Shown: positions 58,245 through 64,000 of the stretch, in pieces
Layout: every line of letters starts with the position of its first letter
How positions within the stretch are numbered: the stretch's first letter is position 1
DNA from: Polyangiales bacterium
GTDB taxonomy: Bacteria > Myxococcota_A > Polyangia > Polyangiales > Polyangiaceae
Length of the DNA stretch: 64,000 nucleotides
Direction of reading: 5' to 3'
Assembly (NCBI GenBank): GCA_038231275.1
Contig: JBBRLQ010000004.1
Coordinates: 320,001 to 384,000 of the forward strand
Program-made: the position numbers and the translations under genes
The notes under the pieces: generated by a model
Told to the model about the DNA's origin: nothing
The model's database searches: none
What the model saw: only the letters and a program-made list of their open reading frames with translations

Positions 58245-60716
58245 GTGCGTCGCGCCGCGTTCATCTTCGTCGCCCTCGCGCCTGCGCTCCTCGCGCCCGC
58301 TCCCGCCCGGGCCCTCGTGTGGCCGGACGTGCCGGAGCGCGTCGAGAAGGATCTGACCTCGCCCGACGCGCTCACGCGGAGGGTGGCCGCGCGACAGCTC
58401 TCCGAGCTCGGCCTCGGCCGCGGCGCGCCGCTGATCGTCCGCGCGCTCGCCGACACCGACACCGAAGTGCGCTTGGTGGCGGCGCAGTCGGCGATTCGAC
58501 TTCGGGTCCCCGCGGCGCTCGACGGCGTGTTGCCATGGCTCGGCGACCGCGATCCGCGCCTGCGCATTGCGGCGTGCGAGGTCGCGCGCGCTGTGCCGGA
58601 CGCGCCGCGGACGGTGCCCCCCCTCGCGCGCGCGCTGGGCGACTCCGACGCCAGCGTGCGCGTCGCGGCGGCGGACGCGCTGGGGTCGCAGTCGTCGACG
58701 GATGCGGTGGCGCCGCTCCTCGGGAAGCTCGACGACCCGAGCCCCACTGTGCGCATTCAGATCGCGCGCGCGCTCGCCCGGCTCGGCGACGGACGCGCCG
58801 TGGAGCCGCTCGCCGGCAAGGTGCAAGACTCGGTGCCGGAGGTGCGGCAGGCGGTGGCGCGCGCGCTCGGCGAGCTCGGAGACCTGCGCGCCACGCAAGC
58901 GCTCCTCTTGCAGTTGCGCGACGGCGTGCAGGAGGTGCGTGTGGAGGCCCTCGGCGCGCTCGGCCGCCTGCGCGCGCCCGACGCCGCGAGCGCGATCGGT
59001 CCGCTCGCCGCCGAGCGTACGCTCGCGATCCGGCTCGCGGCGATGACCGCGCTCGGTCGCATCGCGACGCCGGACGCGGTGCGCGCGCTCACGGCGCTCC
59101 TCGGTCAAGGAGACGACGCGGGCGGCGGGCTGGAGCGAACCCCGGTCCGCGAGGCGCTCGTCGCGTGCGGAGCGCCGGCCATCGGCGATCTCGCCGCGAT
59201 CCTCGAGCGCCCACCGACGACCGCCATCGCCACGAGCGCCGCGTGGGTGCTCGGCGAGCTGCACGCGCGGAAGAAGGCGCCCGACATCGTGCAGGCGATG
59301 CGACGTGGCGCGCTGCCCGTCGCGGCCGCGCTGCGTGCGCTCGGAGGCACCGGCTCCGGCAACGAGGTGCCGATCGTGCTCGAGTTCGCGTCGGATCCGA
59401 GCCAGGTCGTGCGCGCCGAGGCGGTCCGCGCCGCGACCGCGCTGCTCGACCCATCGCGCCCCGACGGTCGCGCGGTCGAGCCCCTCGCGGCGGCGCTTCG
59501 CGACGCGCGTCTCTCCACGGGCGAGCGCGCGGACCTGGCGACGCTTCTCGGCAGAACGGGAGCGCCGCGCGCCGCGCCGATCCTGGCGGGCCTCGCGAGC
59601 GCGAAGGAGCCGGTCCTGAAGCTCGCGGCGATCGACGCGCTCGGCACGCTCGGCCCGGCGGGCGCCGACGACGCGCTCCTCGACCGCCTGACCGACGCCG
59701 ATCCGCAGGTGCGCCTACACGCGGCGATCGCGCTGGCCGACGCCGGGAGCCCCGCCGCCGAGGCGCGCCTCCTGGCGAAGCTCGACGGCGTCGAAGAGGT
59801 CGACCGCGCGAGCGTGCTCTCGGCGCTGGCAGGCATCCTCGCGCGGTCCCCCTCGGAGCCCGCGATCGCCCGACTGTCGCGCGCGCTGGAGCTCGCGGCC
59901 GGTGCCGAGCGCGACGCGCTGCTCGAGGCGATCGGCCGTTCGCGGTCGCCGGCGGCGTTGCGCGCCCTCGTGGCCGCCGCCGCTGGAGACGCCGACGACC
60001 GCCGCGCCGTCGCGACGCTCCTCTCCTTGCACGAGGGGCGAACCGAGGCGAACGCGCTCGCCACGAAGCTCCTCGGCGATCCCGACGCGACCGTGCGCGC
60101 GCAAGCGGCGTGGTCGCTGGGCGCGCTCGGCGACGGTGCGAGCATTCCCGCGCTCGCCGCGCTCCTCGCCCGCGCCGAGCTCGATCCCGCCGCCGACGCC
60201 GCCGCCTCGATCGGTAGAATCGCCGCGCGCGCGAAGAGTCCGACCGCCGCCGCTCAGAACCTGTGCCCGGCGGCGCGCGACTTGCGCGCCCTCGTCCGCG
60301 CCAACGCGCTCGCCGGCCTCTCGCTCGCGGGCGCGCGCTGCGAAGGCGGCGCCGCCGAGAGGCGCGCGCTCGACGCCGACCCGAGCGACGCGGTTAGGCG
60401 CGCCGCCGCGTTCGCGATCGCCAAGAGTGGCGCCGCGTCGGCCGAAGATCGCCGCGCCCTCGAGCGATGCGCCGCGATGGATCGCTCTGGGGCGGTCGCG
60501 CAAGCGTGCCGCGCGCTTCCGTCGTCGACCGGCGCCCCGCGCTCGGTCACCATTTATCCGGTGGCCGAAGGGGTCGGCGCGCCGCGGCCCCACGCGACCT
60601 ACGCAGTCTCGCTCGCCGACGGGACCGTGCACGCCGGCACCGCCGATCGCCGCGGGGCCGCCTTCGAGGCCAGCGCACCCGCCGGCGAGCTCTCCCTCGT
60701 CCGCGCGGGTCGGTGA
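58245..60716 (+). CDS. Exported HEAT/PBS-lyase repeat protein
   Basis: Signal peptide ending ARA; many L.D.D..VR..AA.ALG repeats. Confidence 0.85.
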   Translation: MRRAAFIFVALAPALLAPAPARALVWPDVPERVEKDLTSPDALTRRVAARQLSELGLGRGAPLIVRALADTDTEVRLVAAQSAIRLRVPAALDGVLPWLGDRDPRLRIAACEVARAVPDAPRTVPPLARALGDSDASVRVAAADALGSQSSTDAVAPLLGKLDDPSPTVRIQIARALARLGDGRAVEPLAGKVQDSVPEVRQAVARALGELGDLRATQALLLQLRDGVQEVRVEALGALGRLRAPDAASAIGPLAAERTLAIRLAAMTALGRIATPDAVRALTALLGQGDDAGGGLERTPVREALVACGAPAIGDLAAILERPPTTAIATSAAWVLGELHARKKAPDIVQAMRRGALPVAAALRALGGTGSGNEVPIVLEFASDPSQVVRAEAVRAATALLDPSRPDGRAVEPLAAALRDARLSTGERADLATLLGRTGAPRAAPILAGLASAKEPVLKLAAIDALGTLGPAGADDALLDRLTDADPQVRLHAAIALADAGSPAAEARLLAKLDGVEEVDRASVLSALAGILARSPSEPAIARLSRALELAAGAERDALLEAIGRSRSPAALRALVAAAAGDADDRRAVATLLSLHEGRTEANALATKLLGDPDATVRAQAAWSLGALGDGASIPALAALLARAELDPAADAAASIGRIAARAKSPTAAAQNLCPAARDLRALVRANALAGLSLAGARCEGGAAERRALDADPSDAVRRAAAFAIAKSGAASAEDRRALERCAAMDRSGAVAQACRALPSSTGAPRSVTIYPVAEGVGAPRPHATYAVSLADGTVHAGTADRRGAAFEASAPAGELSLVRAGR

Positions 60717-61189
60717 TGGCCAAGCTGAAGCGCCGGAAGCGGCTGCACATGCCGGAGGGCCTCGATGGTGTCCTCAGCCGCGCAGGCGAGAACCGCTACG
60801 CGAAGACGAAGCCGCCGGTGAGCGAGGAGGTCTGGACCCAAGCGGTCGGCCACCGCATCGCCGAGCGCGCGCGCCCGGTCGGCCTCGAGCGCGGCATCCT
60901 CACGGTGCGCGCGGCGACGGCGGTGTGGTCGAGCGAGCTGTCGCTCCTCTCGGACGCGCTCCTCGAGCGCCTGCGCGCGTGCGGCGTCGAGGTGAAGGAG
61001 CTGCGCTTCCGCGTCGGGCCGCTCGATCCGCCGCGCAGCCTCGCTGAGGTGCGCACGTCGCGAAGGATTCCGTCGCCCGCCGCGATCACGGAGGAGCTCG
61101 CCGAGGCGATCGACGGGATCGCCGACGATGAGCTCCGCGCGATCGTCAAAGGTGCCGCGAGCGCGAACCTCGCGTGGCAAAAAAAATAG
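60716..61189 (+). CDS. DUF721/DciA family protein
   Basis: W..AVG.RIA.RARP..LERGILTV....VWSSEL..L..L..RL...VKELRFRVG. Confidence 0.8.
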   Translation: MAKLKRRKRLHMPEGLDGVLSRAGENRYAKTKPPVSEEVWTQAVGHRIAERARPVGLERGILTVRAATAVWSSELSLLSDALLERLRACGVEVKELRFRVGPLDPPRSLAEVRTSRRIPSPAAITEELAEAIDGIADDELRAIVKGAASANLAWQKK

Positions 61190-61213
61190 AACCAGGGCCT
61201 CTCCGTCAGGAGT

Positions 61214-61252
61214 CGTTTCGCTCCTCTGCGCTTCGCTCCACTCCGCTCCACT
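61214..61252 (-). repeat. 29-bp interspersed repeat, copy 3 (one mismatch, plus 10-bp duplication)
   Basis: Minus strand TGA-GTGGAGCGG-AGTGGAGCGAAGCGCAGAGGAGCGAAACG following the FHA gene stop. Confidence 0.8.
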
Positions 61253-62106
61253 CACCGCAGCGCGGCAAGCCGCTCGAGCCCCTCGAGCCGTTGCAACAGG
61301 AAGCGCTCGGCCGGACCGAAGGCGCCGAGCTGACCGCGAAGCTGCTCGATGTACCCGCGCAGACGCGCCAGATCGATCGCCGTGACCTTTCGCATCGCCT
61401 GGTACAGCTCGTCGATGACCGACGCCGGACACGGCCGCCCCTGCGCCGCGTACAGCTCGATGACGTAGTCGGCCCAGCCGCCCTTTCCGGTCGCCGTCGC
61501 CAGCTTCGCGCTGAACTTCGCCGCCTGATCGACGAGCGACGGCGGCACGCTGCGCCCCTGGCGCGTCGTCTCGATGACGTCGGCGAGTGCGGAGGCAAGG
61601 AGCCGCTCCGCCTCTGCTGCGCGCCCCATCGCGAGCGCCTTCTCCGCGACTCCGCCGAGGAGCTTGAACGCGTCGGCGCGCCGCACCATGCTCGGCTCGG
61701 GCTCGCTGTCGACTGGCTGGCTTGACGGCACTTCCACTTGGCGAACCGCCGCCGCCATCTTCGGCAAGGTCAGCTTCGCGGCGGCTTGCGGCGGTCCCAC
61801 CGGCGCGCCGCTCGGACCTCCATCGTCGCGCGCGTGCAGCAGGGTCAGCTCTTGTCCGCCGATGAGGATCTTGTCGCCGGCGCGCAGCTCGACGCGTCCC
61901 TCGATGCGCTGGCCGTTGACGAGCACGCCGTTGCGACTGCCGAGGTCTTCTACGAGGACGCCGTCACGGCTCACGTAGAGGATCGCGTGCCTGCGCGAGA
62001 CGAGCGGATCGTCGAGCGAGAGCTGGCAGCTCGCGTTGCGGCCGACGGCGAACTGGCCCTCGCTGAGCTCGAGGTCGTGCTGGAGATAGCGCAGGCGGAA
62101 GCGCAT
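61252..62106 (-). CDS. FHA domain protein
   Basis: VGR, VSRRHA, DLGSRNG; helical C-terminal domain. Confidence 0.88.
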   Translation of the reverse strand: MRFRLRYLQHDLELSEGQFAVGRNASCQLSLDDPLVSRRHAILYVSRDGVLVEDLGSRNGVLVNGQRIEGRVELRAGDKILIGGQELTLLHARDDGGPSGAPVGPPQAAAKLTLPKMAAAVRQVEVPSSQPVDSEPEPSMVRRADAFKLLGGVAEKALAMGRAAEAERLLASALADVIETTRQGRSVPPSLVDQAAKFSAKLATATGKGGWADYVIELYAAQGRPCPASVIDELYQAMRKVTAIDLARLRGYIEQLRGQLGAFGPAERFLLQRLEGLERLAALR

Positions 62107-62276
62107 CGTCCTACGCGACCCGTCCGCGCGAAAACCTCAACGATTCGGCGGTTGGACGTCCGAGCTCTGGCATCGCCTGCGCGGATCCTACCGGACGAGC
62201 GCGGCCGGGATCCACTTACCGCGGACTAGGGCACAAAGACGGCGAAAACACGGCGCGCGAGGGTGGTCCAGAGGCC

Positions 62277-63182
62277 TCAGGAAGGCCGCGGATCAGGCGC
62301 CGAGCGTGGGTTGCTTCGCAGCTCGGCGAGGCTCGCCCGGAGCTGCTCGAGTCGCGAGATGACCTCGGTCTCGTCGTCCGCGAGCGGCCGGGTGAGCGAC
62401 CGGCAATGCAGGACGAGCGCCTCGATCGACTCGGCGACCTCGGGGTGGCGCGGACCGAGCTGGGCGAGCCGCTCGATCACCTCCGCGGGGGGAATGAACT
62501 GCACGCGACGGTACACTTGCGCCGTCCATGAGCCCCAGGTCGGATCGTCGGACTCCGTCGCTACCCGCGTCGCGGCCACCGCAAGCGTGGCGAGCTGTCG
62601 AGGGTCCACTTGCTCGTGCGAGACGATGCGCTCTTCCACCTGCGCGGTCGCCCGTCGCAGGATGCGCTCGGCGTCGGCGACGCGCGAGAGCGACAGCGCC
62701 TTCTCGAGGACCTCGATCAAGAGCTGGACGCTCCACGAGCCTTGCGACGCGGCGCCGAACTGGCCGCTCAAGGTCTCCTCGTCCATCTGCTCCGTCGCCC
62801 CGCAGTTCGGGCACGCGATGACCTCCTGCGGGTACGGAAGCCTGCATTTCGCGCAGTGGCGCAGGAAGCCGGTCGTCTTCGCCGCGACATTCGCCACCTG
62901 CTCGACACGACAGAACACGAGCTCCTGCGTTCCAACGCGGAGCCGGTCGCCGTCCTTGAGCTTCGCCGCGCCGCGGATGGGCGCGCCGTTGAGCTTCACC
63001 CCGTTGCGGCTCCCGAGGTCCTGGAGCGTGGCGTCGTCGCCGTCGATCACGATGCGCGCGTGCTGCCTCGAAACGAGCGGATCCTCGATGGTCACGTGAC
63101 AATCCGAGCTCCGCCCGATCAAGGTGGCGCCGCGAGGGAGATCGAACTCTTGCAGCAAGAAGCGGAGCCGGTACCTCGCCAC
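62277..63182 (-). CDS. FHA domain protein with Zn ribbon
   Basis: IGR, VSRQHA, DLGSRNG; CAKC..CPNC; GGAGG RBS before GTG 63182. Confidence 0.85.
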   Translation of the reverse strand: MARYRLRFLLQEFDLPRGATLIGRSSDCHVTIEDPLVSRQHARIVIDGDDATLQDLGSRNGVKLNGAPIRGAAKLKDGDRLRVGTQELVFCRVEQVANVAAKTTGFLRHCAKCRLPYPQEVIACPNCGATEQMDEETLSGQFGAASQGSWSVQLLIEVLEKALSLSRVADAERILRRATAQVEERIVSHEQVDPRQLATLAVAATRVATESDDPTWGSWTAQVYRRVQFIPPAEVIERLAQLGPRHPEVAESIEALVLHCRSLTRPLADDETEVISRLEQLRASLAELRSNPRSAPDPRPS

Positions 63183-63396
63183 GCTCACCTCCGGAGGCGC
63201 AGGGCGAACGCCGTGCGCGACTCGAACAGCATTGAAGTATACGGCGAAAGCTTTTCGATTTGTCGCGCCATTCCCCAGAGAAGCCCCTAGCGCCGAAAAA
63301 AGGCGCGGGCATGTGGGCACAGGTGCGGGCGGGCGCGACGGGTGCAGCCCGTTCGCCGTTCCGCCGGGCGCTCGTGATAAGGTGGCCGCTCGCTTC

Positions 63397-63666
63397 ATGG
63401 CCGACTCCCCCGCCGACATGATTTTTCGAGCGTGCCGCGATCAACTCGCGCCCCTCGTACGCGCGGACGGCGGAGTTCTCTACGTGGTCGCCGCGTCCAC
63501 CGACGACGTGCATCTGCACCTCGCGGGCACCTGCGCAGGTTGCCCGGGCGCGACGATGACGCGCGATCGCCTCATTTCGCCGGCGGTGAAGGCGATCCTC
63601 CCGAAGGCGCAGCTCCGCGTTACGACGGGCTGGCGTGTGCCCGAAGGTGCGCGGAAGGTCGAGTAA
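63397..63666 (+). CDS. NifU/Nfu-like Fe-S scaffold domain protein
   Basis: PLVRADGG, LAGTCAGCPG. Confidence 0.85.
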   Translation: MADSPADMIFRACRDQLAPLVRADGGVLYVVAASTDDVHLHLAGTCAGCPGATMTRDRLISPAVKAILPKAQLRVTTGWRVPEGARKVE

Positions 63667-63685
63667 GGCGGCTTCGCCCGCTGCT

Positions 63686-63740
63686 TTGCCGCGCGCTACG
63701 TGCGTGCTGCTTGCCGCGCGCTACGTGCGCGCTACTTGCG
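63686..63740. repeat. 25-bp tandem duplication
   Basis: TTGCCGCGCGCTACGTGCGTGCTGC / TTGCCGCGCGCTACGTGCGCGCTAC / TTGCG. Confidence 0.7.
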
Positions 63741-64000
63741 GGGGGGCGGCGGGTTGGCCTTCTTCCCGCTGGCGCTCGCGGAGCCACTGCCGCCCGCCTT
63801 GTTCGGATCGCTGATGCCGCCCTTGGTGACGGCGAGGATGGACTGATCCATCGCGAGCGGATCCTCGGCCTTCACCATGCGGAGGCGCTCGAGGTTGGCC
63901 AGCGTCTGTCGCTCTTCGAGGACGATCGCGCAAATGCGCTTTCGATCGAGCGCGCGAAGGTGCGAGGTCGCGTCCTGCCAATCGACGGTCGTCGTGATGA
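63732..64000 (-). CDS. C-terminus of a hypothetical protein (5' end outside the window)
   Basis: Open frame ...ITTTVDWQDATSHLRALDRKRICAIVLEER...PPPPRK-TAG with GC3-biased codons. Confidence 0.55.
   Translation of the reverse strand, partial: ITTTVDWQDATSHLRALDRKRICAIVLEERQTLANLERLRMVKAEDPLAMDQSILAVTKGGISDPNKAGGSGSASASGKKANPPPPRK

Noticed and set aside
61179-61186. A8 tract at the end of the DciA-like gene as a phase-variation site
   Set aside because: It covers only the last codons after the complete domain, so slippage would have little effect.

Overview
High-GC (visibly ~70%) bacterial chromosomal segment with a myxobacterial signature: a MYXO-CTERM sorting signal, Cys-rich lipoproteins, Ser/Thr kinases, FHA proteins and a kinase-sigma54 activator fusion. 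A Polyangiaceae/Labilithrix-like origin is an inference. About 55 CDS are supportable, and most entries in the supplied ORF track are GC-rich shadow frames. Housekeeping genes: argC, argB, hisH, hisA, deoC plus two aldehyde dehydrogenase genes, rpsU, ppx, copZ-copA, glutathione peroxidase, dciA-like, nifU-like, tRNA-Pro(GGG) and tRNA-Leu(CAA). No integrase, transposase, CRISPR array or rRNA was seen. The most notable locus is a five-gene operon at 5356-10446: PP2C phosphatase, atypical kinase, nicotinamidase-like hydrolase, vWA protein and NrtR (Nudix-wHTH). It is a TerY-phosphorylation-triad-like module joined to NAD salvage and ADP-ribose sensing, with a GT-N7-AC NrtR-type palindrome in its promoter. 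Other signals are a GTAAC-N3-GTTAC operator shared by three loci including a GntR gene, a leader peptide with an RBS-masking hairpin before a MATE exporter, a 29-bp repeat fused to three stop codons, an orphan SMI1/KNR4 gene splitting hisH from hisA, and a CTAG-rich 11-mer tandem array. All product calls come from motif reading; no database searches were run.
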